Virus record (IMG/VR): IMGVR_UViG_3300028840_002190 | DNA length: 64,000 nt | Reading direction: 5' to 3' (one strand) | Origin: a virus | Shown: one piece after another, positions 10,703 through 20,037 of the stretch | How positions within the stretch are numbered: the first letter of the stretch is position 1 | Layout of the letters: every line of letters begins with the position of its first letter | Position numbers and translations under genes: made by a program | The notes under the pieces: model-generated | The model's input: the letters and a program-made list of their open reading frames with translations, nothing else | Databases searched by the model: none | Told to the model about the DNA's origin: nothing

Positions 10703-12823
10703 CTACCCCTGACGTACGAATGAGATGTACGACTCCGCACTCCGATACTTGATAGTCCGGTCCGACACACCGAGAAGGTCGTACCAAGCATTAAGGGCAT
10801 CCGCGCCATCAATTTCGGTATACCCCTGATCCACTAGTGACTGGGGCACCACGATGTCCGAACTGTTCTCGACAGACACTCCGTTAGTGTCTGTAATGAA
10901 AATCGAAACGATAGACGACGTAGCAAACCGTACGACCTGCCCGTCAGGAGCGTGAAAATCGTAGTAGATAGTGAACGGACTGACGTTCCCGACAACGTCA
11001 TACGCCTGTCGGAATTGGGTAGCCAGATCGTTCATGTCAAGGTCATCGTTCGGGTCAAAAGAGTTTATGTAGCCCGCTAGAAGTCGCGAAGCCGCCTCTT
11101 CATCCACCGTAGATCCTGACATTGTAGGCTTAATCTTATACGGGATGTTAGCCTCGATCCAAACAGGGTGTCGAGCTCGAGCTAAGTGGTTGGCCGCCAG
11201 TACTCGGTACTCCTCGTTCTCCGTGTACGCATGGATGTTCGGGAACCCCGACAAAGTTCGGTACACAACGCGCAAGTTGTACCCGTCAAAATACGAAGGG
11301 TCAGGCGCCGGGGGACCAAAGCCTACGTTGATCTCAGTCACCATCAACGAGGACTGTGATTTAGTAGGGTTCCGAACGCTCACTTGATACTGGTTGAGTA
11401 TGGGCTCAGCCATAGGCCCTACGGGGGTAGCGTTGACGCGGTTGGGAAAAATGATCGTCTGGGAAGTCGGGTCGATAATCTGACTCATAAACGCCGGAGG
11501 GTCCGTGATCTCCACCCATTCAATGTCCTGCACCGGACGCCCGCTCAAAACGATCTTACCAGGAGATTTGATGTGCCGTGACGTGCCTACAGGAACGTCC
11601 GTGTGCAGCGGATCAGTACTCGCCTGCGCATTTCGAGACGCAATCTTGTCATCAAAAGAAGGTCCGATAGCCCCCGCTGAATACAGCACCGTGTTCCCCG
11701 TCTCATCCGACGCTTCAGTAAAGGGCACCGCAGAACTCACTTCGAGTTCATGGTCCGACACACTCACGATAGTAAACGCCCTCGGGGAGCCCAGAATGCC
11801 ATCCAAAATGTAAATGACGTCCCCGCTCTCCAGGTTGATCGTAGGGTCCGTAAAAGGAACCGCTGACCCTGGGGTGCCGTCTCCATAGGTAAGGAGAGGG
11901 TCACGGAAGATGTTGGCAACGCCATCGGGACGCGCAAAGTACCCTCCGACCGTACCCGAATCCTCCACCGTCTCTAGAGGAAGCTCCAGGTAAGTGTCGT
12001 AGTGCCCTCCGGTATGGAGGGTGATGTGGGAAGCAATCTCGGTACGCCGGTCACGTACCATCTCCGGTTCGCCCATTCCGATAGTCAGTGTCTCCAGGAT
12101 TTCAGGAAACTGCTGTTGCAGCACTGTGTCGCACGACCGGTTGTTGATGAGATTGCGTACCGTAATAGTAGTCTGAGCGCGGTCTAACAGCTCCTCGGTA
12201 GACTCTACCCCCGCACCACCGCTAGACTGAGTGAGGTGCTCAGCATAAGTGAAGAATTGCATCCCCCCGGGGAAGTCCACCCGAATGAAAGTACCGGGAT
12301 CGATGTTGTACCCTACACCTGTACGGCCAGCCTTGAGAGGGACGTCTACCACGTAATCCACCAGTTCCCCACTAGTGTCATACACGGGGTAGAGCATATC
12401 GTTGGTCACAACGTAGGGGTCGGCAGTGGCGTCGATATAAAACGCCAATGTAGACGTCCGCCAGAACTTAGTCGACAAATCGAGAGTGTAAGTGCGACGC
12501 TCCAGAAAATGAAGCCGAGCCGTCAGTCGGGCTAGCTGCCCTCCCTTTCGGGAGATGAACCAGTTAGAGAGGAGCTCGTCTGCAGCTTGTGAGATATCAT
12601 CTGCGTCTGTCAATTCCTGGATACGCAAAAGAGACTGCCGCATGCGGCTGAAGTCCACCTCGTACTTCATGTACGCGAAGATGTAAGTAAACGCATTCAC
12701 CGCGAAATCACGCATCGCACTTCCGCGCTCGAAAGAAGCGTCAGGCACCTTCTCAGAGAGGTACTCCACCAGGAACGCTTCTGCCGCGTCCAAGTCATCC
12801 TGTGTGATGATGATCTCAGCCAT
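10703..12823 (-). CDS. Baseplate J-like (gp6/gpJ) wedge protein
   Basis: ERGSAMRD N-terminus; VPLKAGRTGVGYNI...SGGAGVESTEELLDRAQ Baseplate_J-type motif. Confidence 0.8.
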   Translation of the reverse strand: MAEIIITQDDLDAAEAFLVEYLSEKVPDASFERGSAMRDFAVNAFTYIFAYMKYEVDFSRMRQSLLRIQELTDADDISQAADELLSNWFISRKGGQLARLTARLHFLERRTYTLDLSTKFWRTSTLAFYIDATADPYVVTNDMLYPVYDTSGELVDYVVDVPLKAGRTGVGYNIDPGTFIRVDFPGGMQFFTYAEHLTQSSGGAGVESTEELLDRAQTTITVRNLINNRSCDTVLQQQFPEILETLTIGMGEPEMVRDRRTEIASHITLHTGGHYDTYLELPLETVEDSGTVGGYFARPDGVANIFRDPLLTYGDGTPGSAVPFTDPTINLESGDVIYILDGILGSPRAFTIVSVSDHELEVSSAVPFTEASDETGNTVLYSAGAIGPSFDDKIASRNAQASTDPLHTDVPVGTSRHIKSPGKIVLSGRPVQDIEWVEITDPPAFMSQIIDPTSQTIIFPNRVNATPVGPMAEPILNQYQVSVRNPTKSQSSLMVTEINVGFGPPAPDPSYFDGYNLRVVYRTLSGFPNIHAYTENEEYRVLAANHLARARHPVWIEANIPYKIKPTMSGSTVDEEAASRLLAGYINSFDPNDDLDMNDLATQFRQAYDVVGNVSPFTIYYDFHAPDGQVVRFATSSIVSIFITDTNGVSVENSSDIVVPQSLVDQGYTEIDGADALNAWYDLLGVSDRTIKYRSAESYISFVRQG

Positions 12824-12830
12824 TTAACGC

Positions 12831-13277
12831 CTACCTATCTGCGAGCTCGATGAGCTTCACGGGCAGCACTTCACCTGCTGCATTAACGATACGAACCCAC
12901 AACTCTACACCATCATCGTAGATCTGCGTCTGCTGCTTCAACAACGTCGCGTTCGCCAACCGTTCATTCTCAGGAAACAACCCCTCTAAGTCCTGACGCC
13001 GAACTTGGTCATTAGCGTCCTCAATTGCTAGAAGGATAATATCCTCAATCCCGTGGTGATATACGTTGATGTTCGACCCAACAAGTCGACCAAAAGCCGT
13101 CCCCTCCTCTTTGTCCAGCGGATTGCTCCCCTTCGGGGTCATAAACGTCTTTACCCAACGATTAACGAGAGCTTGCGGACCCGAGACCTTCAGGGACGCA
13201 CGGAAACCAAAAGTAAAAACCCGCGCACTCCGCACTTCTCCGGAGGGGACGGGCTGGAAGTGAATGTCATAAGCCAT
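12831..13277 (-). CDS. gp25/GPW-like baseplate wedge initiator
   Basis: 148 aa; VSGPQALVNRWVKTFMTPKGSNPLDKEEGT pattern; immediately upstream of the J-like gene. Confidence 0.7.
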   Translation of the reverse strand: MAYDIHFQPVPSGEVRSARVFTFGFRASLKVSGPQALVNRWVKTFMTPKGSNPLDKEEGTAFGRLVGSNINVYHHGIEDIILLAIEDANDQVRRQDLEGLFPENERLANATLLKQQTQIYDDGVELWVRIVNAAGEVLPVKLIELADR

Positions 13278-13288
13278 TCTATCTCCAC

Positions 13289-14692
13289 TTACCAGAGATC
13301 CGACGTCTGTGCCTGGACCCCTTGCGCAATCGCGATATTCCTCGCCACTCTGGATACCGGCGGGTTTTCAGACTGCTGTGTCATATTATAAGTGTTCGCC
13401 GCTTCTTGTAAAACTTTCTGAGACTCCTGTACGGCCCTGTCTCCTGCCTCTTGGCTAACTGCCGCCTTCTTGACTTCCGAAATCATATCGCTGCGAGCAA
13501 TCGCTACCCCGGTGTCGTGAGACGGTTGCAACAATAGTTTCGTAAATCCTCGAGACACTTCGTCCGACAACGGCGCCCGGATCAGGTCTTGTCCTGCCCC
13601 ACTTTTCTTGTACCGCTGCCGAGGCTTCCACACATTAGACTTAATATCGATATGCGTGTGCGACGCCACAAGCTTGAAGAAGGTATCCCACGTAGCCTGC
13701 TCTAAAAATGCGGGAGACACGTCAAAGTGCTTCGAGCCTTTGGCGAAGTCGTGCATCGAATAGCCGGGAGGAGTGTTCTTGTTTTGGCTACGCCGAGTGA
13801 AGTCGACCACCCTAGGGATGTCGTACGCCGCCTCCAGCTTAGCGCAGACAATACTGAGAGTCAGAAGCTGAAGAGGACTATAAGCAAAATACTCCACGCT
13901 CCCAGCGGTTCCTGGCGGATTGCCTCCAGCGCGGAACTTCGCTTTAGTTTTGCTAGGGTGTTCTACAACATAAAAAGCCTCTTCAAGCTCGATACCGACT
14001 CCTGTCCTATTCAACCCATTAGACGTGTATAAGATGTCGTTGCAGTCCCCAATAACCACCAGGTTCCCCAAACGATCAATGAAGAAGTGTGCCGAAGACT
14101 TCTTAGCGGAATTAAGGCACGCACTCAATCCCGCAGACATCTTTCTAGGGTGGTGCTGGTGCTCGTCTGAGCCCTTTGGGACGTAGACAGTCTTGTTCTC
14201 GTACTCAAAAACTTGCACACCTTTACGCTTGGACTTCGAATTCATCCAACCGCCCCAGTAACCCTCCTTGATGACTTTCCCTGCCTTGTTCTTCTTAGGA
14301 GGTACGAAGCCTGCCATCCAGCCGTGTCCAAAGGAGTGTAGAACGATGTGTTTAACCTTACGGGTACCGCTGACCGAAGAAAACGCTCCAGGCGGGGGGT
14401 AGGCGTACGCAATGGTCACCCAAGGGGGGAACCCATCAGGACTCAAAATCTTAGTAGGGCGCCGTCGTGTCTTCTTGAGCTGCTTGCCTCGAGCTATGTA
14501 GTTAAAATACGCATACGCGTTGGTGCCTAAGTCGTCACTCCAACGCTGCATAGACTTCAACCACTCCGACTGGGGTTGAGCATCATCGCCAGAACTCACG
14601 TTGTACCCAGGAACCAGATCCGCGGGGATGTGTTCCTTCAGCATATTGAAGGCGCTCTGCTGCTGGTCCGTTAACCCTGAAGAGGTCGGCAT
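13289..14692 (-). CDS. N-acetylmuramoyl-L-alanine amidase (Amidase_2-like), probably virion-associated
   Basis: KHIVLHS, SSAHFFID, NRTGVGIELE, MHDF...KHFDV Zn-amidase motifs. Confidence 0.75.
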   Translation of the reverse strand: MPTSSGLTDQQQSAFNMLKEHIPADLVPGYNVSSGDDAQPQSEWLKSMQRWSDDLGTNAYAYFNYIARGKQLKKTRRRPTKILSPDGFPPWVTIAYAYPPPGAFSSVSGTRKVKHIVLHSFGHGWMAGFVPPKKNKAGKVIKEGYWGGWMNSKSKRKGVQVFEYENKTVYVPKGSDEHQHHPRKMSAGLSACLNSAKKSSAHFFIDRLGNLVVIGDCNDILYTSNGLNRTGVGIELEEAFYVVEHPSKTKAKFRAGGNPPGTAGSVEYFAYSPLQLLTLSIVCAKLEAAYDIPRVVDFTRRSQNKNTPPGYSMHDFAKGSKHFDVSPAFLEQATWDTFFKLVASHTHIDIKSNVWKPRQRYKKSGAGQDLIRAPLSDEVSRGFTKLLLQPSHDTGVAIARSDMISEVKKAAVSQEAGDRAVQESQKVLQEAANTYNMTQQSENPPVSRVARNIAIAQGVQAQTSDLW

Positions 14693-15393
14693 CAGATCCC
14701 TCCAGTCTGGATGCGCTTGATCTGGTCAATGAATTTACGCTTACGGTAGCTCAATTGTCCCTGCGTTAATCGGTACTTCGACATCAGTTGTCGGTTAGAG
14801 AGTTCCTGTTTCCCCCCGTACCCCGTGATGTCCTCAAAAAGTCTCTTATCATCGGGAGAGAGCCCGTGGTAGTAGAAGTCAACAAGCCCGCTTGTAGAAG
14901 GGTCGTCATCGATAAACGCCCCCTCGGACTCTACGAGCTCTCTACGATTGAAGGACGTCTGGAAGTCTTTAACCTTTTTACTGTTCCAGCCTAACTCATC
15001 AGAGATCTCTTCTACCGTCGGCTCTCGACCGTGCTCATCGTAGAGTTTGTTCTGCGCAACTTGGAACGTATTGAATAGGAGCTGTTTGTTTTCAGGAAGC
15101 CGCGCTACATTCTGGTACGGATACACAAACCGTGACAGCTTACGGAGTCGGTTGGTTACGTGCGTCCCTATGGCCGCTCCCCGATGCGGATCGTAGTTTT
15201 CGAGGGCGTCAATCGTGAGGACTCTAGCTTTAGACTCAAGAGCCACTCGGGGCACCGTAGCCCCCCACTTACCGACTTCCCGGTTAATGAGAGGAGTCAA
15301 CTCCTTCAAAAGGAGCTCCAGAGTCACGGGACTCTTCGTCTTCTTCCACTCCCTCCAGAGCTCCAGATCACGCTGTTGTTGTGTCGTTTGCAT
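14692..15393 (-). CDS. Phage RNA polymerase sigma factor (sigma70 family)
   Basis: Region 2 (ALENYDPHRGAAIGTHV), region 3 (GREPTVEEISDELG), region-4-like HTH (LSPDDKRL...LSNRQL...LTQGQLS). Confidence 0.85.
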   Translation of the reverse strand: MQTTQQQRDLELWREWKKTKSPVTLELLLKELTPLINREVGKWGATVPRVALESKARVLTIDALENYDPHRGAAIGTHVTNRLRKLSRFVYPYQNVARLPENKQLLFNTFQVAQNKLYDEHGREPTVEEISDELGWNSKKVKDFQTSFNRRELVESEGAFIDDDPSTSGLVDFYYHGLSPDDKRLFEDITGYGGKQELSNRQLMSKYRLTQGQLSYRKRKFIDQIKRIQTGGI

Positions 15394-15396
15394 GAC

Positions 15397-17874
15397 TTAC
15401 CTCTGTGGGGCAACCTTGCCGTCCTCACTTCTTAATAGTTTACGGTATTCCGTGAGGATCGCGTCCCAGTCTTTGATGGTATCGGGAACTTCTGCGTTCC
15501 CAGCTACGCGCCACGAGTCCACGGGACCGTACTTGGCAGTGTCTCCGGCGATCACTTCGTCCGCCGAGTCCGTCGACAGCGAGATGTTCACCACGTCTTC
15601 AGGAGCAGAATAGTCACTACTTGCGGGAGTATTCGTATAAATGCGTCCCCAGAATACAGCCCCGCCAGTAGGAGAGGGATTGTTCACGTCCGTAGAGAAA
15701 GAACGGTATTCCCCCCGCACGGTGCCATCCGCCAACAACGACTCAAGATCCCGATCATGGTACGTCTCTATGTATTCTCTCAGCGTACATACCGGACGAG
15801 AAATCGACCGCATGGCCTCGTCAAACCCCGTGAACGCAGCCGCCCATTCATCATTGGGCTCCCTCCTAGGAATTCCTGTTGAAGAGTAGTACGTAGCTTC
15901 TCTAGCTAGCTCCCCCCGCCACCAAGACTTGCGCTGCTTACCGGGGTACTCCGGCCCGTACAGTAGAATCTTATAAAATTCCTCAGCCGACTCCTGCACC
16001 TGAAAAACGTCACGCACACCTGGGATCGGCTCTGGGGGGTACGAATCCAAAAATGTGCTAGACGCGTCGAGACCAGGAACTGAATACTTCGCCTCTGCAA
16101 CCTCCGTGAGCGTCCGGATGAACCCCAAATTAGCTTGAGTAGATACGTGGGGACTTCCCCGTTCTGCGGACATGGAGTGGGTGATGGACATCACATACGC
16201 CATAACGTCAAAACCGGAAGCCTCTTCGTCGTATACGACCGTGGGAAATCCCGGGAGGATGTACGGATTGAAAGGCATCGATACGCCGCCCTGCCGTTCA
16301 GCAAACCGTGCCCTATAGTACTCATACTCCGCGTACTTATCGAACAGGGCCCCTAAGCCGGTATTCACTTCAGGATCTTCCGGAGCGTCTTCTGAGGGCT
16401 GCGCCCCTGCCGCTCCTCCCTCGCCTTTAGAACTCTGTTCTAAAAGATACAGCCAAGGAGGTGCGCTCATACGTTTACTGACAGGGCCTTTGTAAAGTTC
16501 TTCCGGCTGCACCAAGAAATTCTTATTGTTCACATCCGGGGCAGTGATCGACTGTTGCATGCGGTTCTTCACGACTGGAGGGAACCCCGTAGTTAGGAGC
16601 TGAGGTGTCAGCCCTCCTAGCCGAGAATCCGGGTCCAACATGTGTGACAGGAATGTCTCTCCCAAATACACACGAGTAGGCTGTGTGATGTACGTCTCCT
16701 GGAACGTAAAATTCTGAACCATGGAGGGGAAAATAACATTGCAGATGGGAGGAATCCCAAAGTAACAACTCGGCTTAACGAAGAACGACCGAATACTGTA
16801 GAACTCGTCGTCTGTCGTCCCTCCGCCAGCTTTGAGGTACCCTGTCTTTTTCTGTACGGCACCGGAAGGAGGGCATGGAATCATAGCGATCTCCATGAGC
16901 ATCTGCGAATAGACCATCTTGAGGAGGTCCCAGATACTCCCAGAGTTGCCAACGCTTGCACCGATGTGCTGCTGTAACGCTTCGATCACGTGATAATCCT
17001 GTACCGCCTTTACCAAGGGGAAACAGAGGTTCCCGATAGCCTCCGCGTCTTCTACATCTGTCGGTGAAGACTCACCTTCGTTTCTCCACGCTGTCTTCGG
17101 TACCGGATTCGTGTCCTCAAACATAGGCAACGCACACCACCGGGAATGGAACTTCGTTCGGAGAGCCCAGCGTGCAAAGAAATTCTTTCCAGGAACTGAA
17201 GTAGCGTCCCTAGGAAGATGGTCTGCCTGTGTAGAAATATCCGGACTCGTTTCAGAGCCCTCACTGACATCCACAGGAAGAAGGATTGAACGGAAAACAT
17301 TTAGAACAAAGTCGATAGGACGCTTAATGAAATCGTCCGAAGACTCTTCGGTACCGCTTGCGCTAGTGTCGCCTACGACTGCAGTCTCTCCACCTACCCG
17401 AAACAACCCCTCCAAAAATAACGATGCGGGATAGAACGGTTTAGCCTGTGTGACACCTTCAGCCGAACCCGTAGGTCCGAGACCTCCAACGATGTCATTC
17501 ATCGATGACATGTAGAAGACATGAAGCTGTTTGAAAATCTGTATCGGACTGACACAGTCTAACTGCAACACACGCCCGTTAGGGCTGTTCTGGTAAGTCC
17601 ACCCTACAACTTCGAATTCCCCCAAGAGTCGAAACTGAGGGACAGCGCCCTGCATGTGGTCATCCTTGTAAAAGATGACTACGTGCAGGCGGTCTTCCGA
17701 CCCTAACCGCTGGAGCATAGGGTGAGGTACCATCTTAAGGGACGCCGTGGGAATCTGCCAAACTCCGTACGTCACGTCCACACCCATGACTGGGATCTCC
17801 AGACCGTTAATATAAACGATCCAGGCGGCTTCTCGTGGTTTGTTAACGGTGTACGAAGAAGGGTTGCTCATCAC
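15397..17874 (-). CDS. Putative baseplate hub (gp27/gpD-like) protein
   Basis: 825 aa; N-terminal VYINGLEIPVMGVDVTYG...TASL strands and late FNPYILPGFP motif; position in the baseplate operon. Confidence 0.6.
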   Translation of the reverse strand: MMSNPSSYTVNKPREAAWIVYINGLEIPVMGVDVTYGVWQIPTASLKMVPHPMLQRLGSEDRLHVVIFYKDDHMQGAVPQFRLLGEFEVVGWTYQNSPNGRVLQLDCVSPIQIFKQLHVFYMSSMNDIVGGLGPTGSAEGVTQAKPFYPASLFLEGLFRVGGETAVVGDTSASGTEESSDDFIKRPIDFVLNVFRSILLPVDVSEGSETSPDISTQADHLPRDATSVPGKNFFARWALRTKFHSRWCALPMFEDTNPVPKTAWRNEGESSPTDVEDAEAIGNLCFPLVKAVQDYHVIEALQQHIGASVGNSGSIWDLLKMVYSQMLMEIAMIPCPPSGAVQKKTGYLKAGGGTTDDEFYSIRSFFVKPSCYFGIPPICNVIFPSMVQNFTFQETYITQPTRVYLGETFLSHMLDPDSRLGGLTPQLLTTGFPPVVKNRMQQSITAPDVNNKNFLVQPEELYKGPVSKRMSAPPWLYLLEQSSKGEGGAAGAQPSEDAPEDPEVNTGLGALFDKYAEYEYYRARFAERQGGVSMPFNPYILPGFPTVVYDEEASGFDVMAYVMSITHSMSAERGSPHVSTQANLGFIRTLTEVAEAKYSVPGLDASSTFLDSYPPEPIPGVRDVFQVQESAEEFYKILLYGPEYPGKQRKSWWRGELAREATYYSSTGIPRREPNDEWAAAFTGFDEAMRSISRPVCTLREYIETYHDRDLESLLADGTVRGEYRSFSTDVNNPSPTGGAVFWGRIYTNTPASSDYSAPEDVVNISLSTDSADEVIAGDTAKYGPVDSWRVAGNAEVPDTIKDWDAILTEYRKLLRSEDGKVAPQR

Positions 17875-18371
17875 GTCCCCGCGTCCAGCTCAAGAAATGC
17901 CGCGATCAAAATCACCGCGCAGCGCCCTGCTACACGTTGGATCGGGCTACTTGACTGTAACGCAGAACGCATCAAAGCGATATGCTGTTCTTGAATTCCG
18001 TACTGTTTCAGCTGCTCGAGACCTGTAAGAAAAGAGCGGTCCAACCAAGAGACATCCCGGTCAATATCGATGGCTCGGCGTTTCTCGCAAATCAAGACCT
18101 GCAGGTACTTCTTCTGGGACAGCAAGCGAGCAAAGATTGCCCCCATATCTCCGTTCATGACGCGGAGCACCCCGTCACGTGTCCGTACGGCCCACAATGT
18201 GGTGTCCACCAATGCCTCTAAGAGCTTGACTCTCTCCCGCTCCAGGAAAGAGAGAGTAGCGAAAGGCTGAGACATGCGGACCTCAACATCGATCATGGGA
18301 CCACGATGGCACTTTTTACCTCGTAAATCTTCCGGGCGACCGCCTGTCGTGAATTCCCACTCGTAAGACAT
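17871..18371 (-). CDS. Hypothetical protein
   Basis: 166-aa ORF overlapping the hub start. Confidence 0.6.
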   Translation of the reverse strand: MSYEWEFTTGGRPEDLRGKKCHRGPMIDVEVRMSQPFATLSFLERERVKLLEALVDTTLWAVRTRDGVLRVMNGDMGAIFARLLSQKKYLQVLICEKRRAIDIDRDVSWLDRSFLTGLEQLKQYGIQEQHIALMRSALQSSSPIQRVAGRCAVILIAAFLELDAGT

Positions 18372-18374
18372 GGT

Positions 18375-18800
18375 TCAGCTCCAGATCACCGGGGCAGTTT
18401 TGGACGAAACATTCCCGAACTCGTCCACGCCCGTGTAGCGGATCTTCACCGTTTCCTCTGGAGGCCAAAGTCCCGCCTTATCAATCCAGAACCGAATGAC
18501 GTGGCTCTCAGGACGGCGAACTTTTGAGTTAGAACCGTCGTAAGGAGCTATGAAAGATGTGCCGTCAAACGCCAGGTTGTACGTCCCCCCGTTGTCCTCA
18601 CTGATCTCCACGACGACATCATCGATATCTGTCCAACTAGAGAAAAGGTACGTATCAAAACGCAACCAAACATTCGTAGGAACATTAACCGAACCGTCAA
18701 CGGGCTTGGACGTGTAGAACCGCGGCTCGATGTCGCTCTTGGGGTGTCCCATCTCGGACTGCCCAAACGGAGAGATCCCAAAGCCGCCATTGAATTTCAT
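18375..18800 (-). CDS. Small Ig-like virion structural protein
   Basis: 141 aa; KPVDGSVNVPTN (Ig/Big-like start) and beta-strand pattern. Confidence 0.55.
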   Translation of the reverse strand: MKFNGGFGISPFGQSEMGHPKSDIEPRFYTSKPVDGSVNVPTNVWLRFDTYLFSSWTDIDDVVVEISEDNGGTYNLAFDGTSFIAPYDGSNSKVRRPESHVIRFWIDKAGLWPPEETVKIRYTGVDEFGNVSSKTAPVIWS

Positions 18801-18809
18801 AATATCACT

Positions 18810-20030
18810 CTACCACTTCTCGACACTCGAGTCTTGCGCACTAGCACTGAAATCCAGTTTAAAACGACCGCACTGTACATACCTCATGTAAACGTCAGAA
18901 TCTCCGGTATCAGTTTGAACAGTAGCGTTCAAAGAATAGAGGGGACCCATCTTGAAGACGTCTGGGCGCGTCCACCAGTCGACAGCAGCGCTGCTCGACC
19001 CGTAACTCGTATCGCTGGAGCCCACGCCGTCCATCGCAAACATGAGTGCAGACGTGAAAAGGAAATCGAAGAGGTCCTGCGCATCCGTATCACTGTTGGC
19101 AATAATTCCAGAAGCTGCCACATTGATCCCGAATGTCGCCCGATGACTCTGCGCCTTCACCCCTCGAGAAGCCCAGTCCGACTTGCTCTCGTATCCGTCG
19201 TTCCCGGAATACGCCGTCGTGTTGATCGGCCAGCTCTCCAGGAGATACCAGTCGTTCGCAGTGAGCTTCGACGCAACCTCGCTCGGGTTCCACGTGGTAT
19301 TCGGGTAGCTCGGATCGTTCTCCGTCCCGATGATGTGGTCCATGTTCCAGGCGTTGACGAAACACAGGCTCGCCGACGAGAGCGCATGGACGTAGTCCAC
19401 TTTCGTGTTGAACGCATCGCGCCCGTTGGTCGTCGTCGTGCCGTAATCGTACCCGGCCTCGTCCATGAAGATGCCATGCACGCCGAGCGTCTCCCAGCCG
19501 TCTGCCTTATCCTCGAAGTTGGCGAGCGACTGGTTCACCGTCACGTATCCGAAGATCTTCGCGTTCGGGTTGAGCGCCTTGATCCGAGGAATGATCACCT
19601 GGGTGTTGGCGTAGTCTCCATGACCCGGGTCCTGGATGCCGTCGCCGAATACGAGCAGATCATACTTCGCCATCTCCTGCGCAACCTTCTCGTTGTTCCA
19701 GGCGTGCTCTGCGCTGTTGAAAGCGTTGAGCCACCCGTAGTAGATGAGCAGATCCTTGGGGCGCTCCCAAAGAGCCTGCTGGACTTCCTGCTCATGCCAT
19801 CCCAGCTTTCCGTGGATCGTATTGAGGTTCGTCACCGAACCATTCGGACCAGCTAGAGGGGTGAACCCATCGACATGGAGCGGGTTGTCCGTGTCGTTGA
19901 AGATCTCACGCCGATGCACGAGCATCTGCATCATGGCGAACGTGCCCTTGAGGCCAGTGTCCGGGTCCGTGACGATAGTGTTCCCGTCGATGAACTGTAG
20001 TATGTCGTTGCTGATTCCGGGCTTGCTCAT
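18810..20030 (-). CDS. Spherulin-4/GH135-like TIM-barrel glycoside hydrolase (putative depolymerase)
   Basis: Start revised to ATG 20030 (AAGGAG RBS); NPNAKIFGYV, GVHGIFMDEAG, CFVNAWN, YLLES motifs. Confidence 0.6.
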   Translation of the reverse strand: MSKPGISNDILQFIDGNTIVTDPDTGLKGTFAMMQMLVHRREIFNDTDNPLHVDGFTPLAGPNGSVTNLNTIHGKLGWHEQEVQQALWERPKDLLIYYGWLNAFNSAEHAWNNEKVAQEMAKYDLLVFGDGIQDPGHGDYANTQVIIPRIKALNPNAKIFGYVTVNQSLANFEDKADGWETLGVHGIFMDEAGYDYGTTTTNGRDAFNTKVDYVHALSSASLCFVNAWNMDHIIGTENDPSYPNTTWNPSEVASKLTANDWYLLESWPINTTAYSGNDGYESKSDWASRGVKAQSHRATFGINVAASGIIANSDTDAQDLFDFLFTSALMFAMDGVGSSDTSYGSSSAAVDWWTRPDVFKMGPLYSLNATVQTDTGDSDVYMRYVQCGRFKLDFSASAQDSSVEKW

Positions 20031-20037
20031 GTCAATC

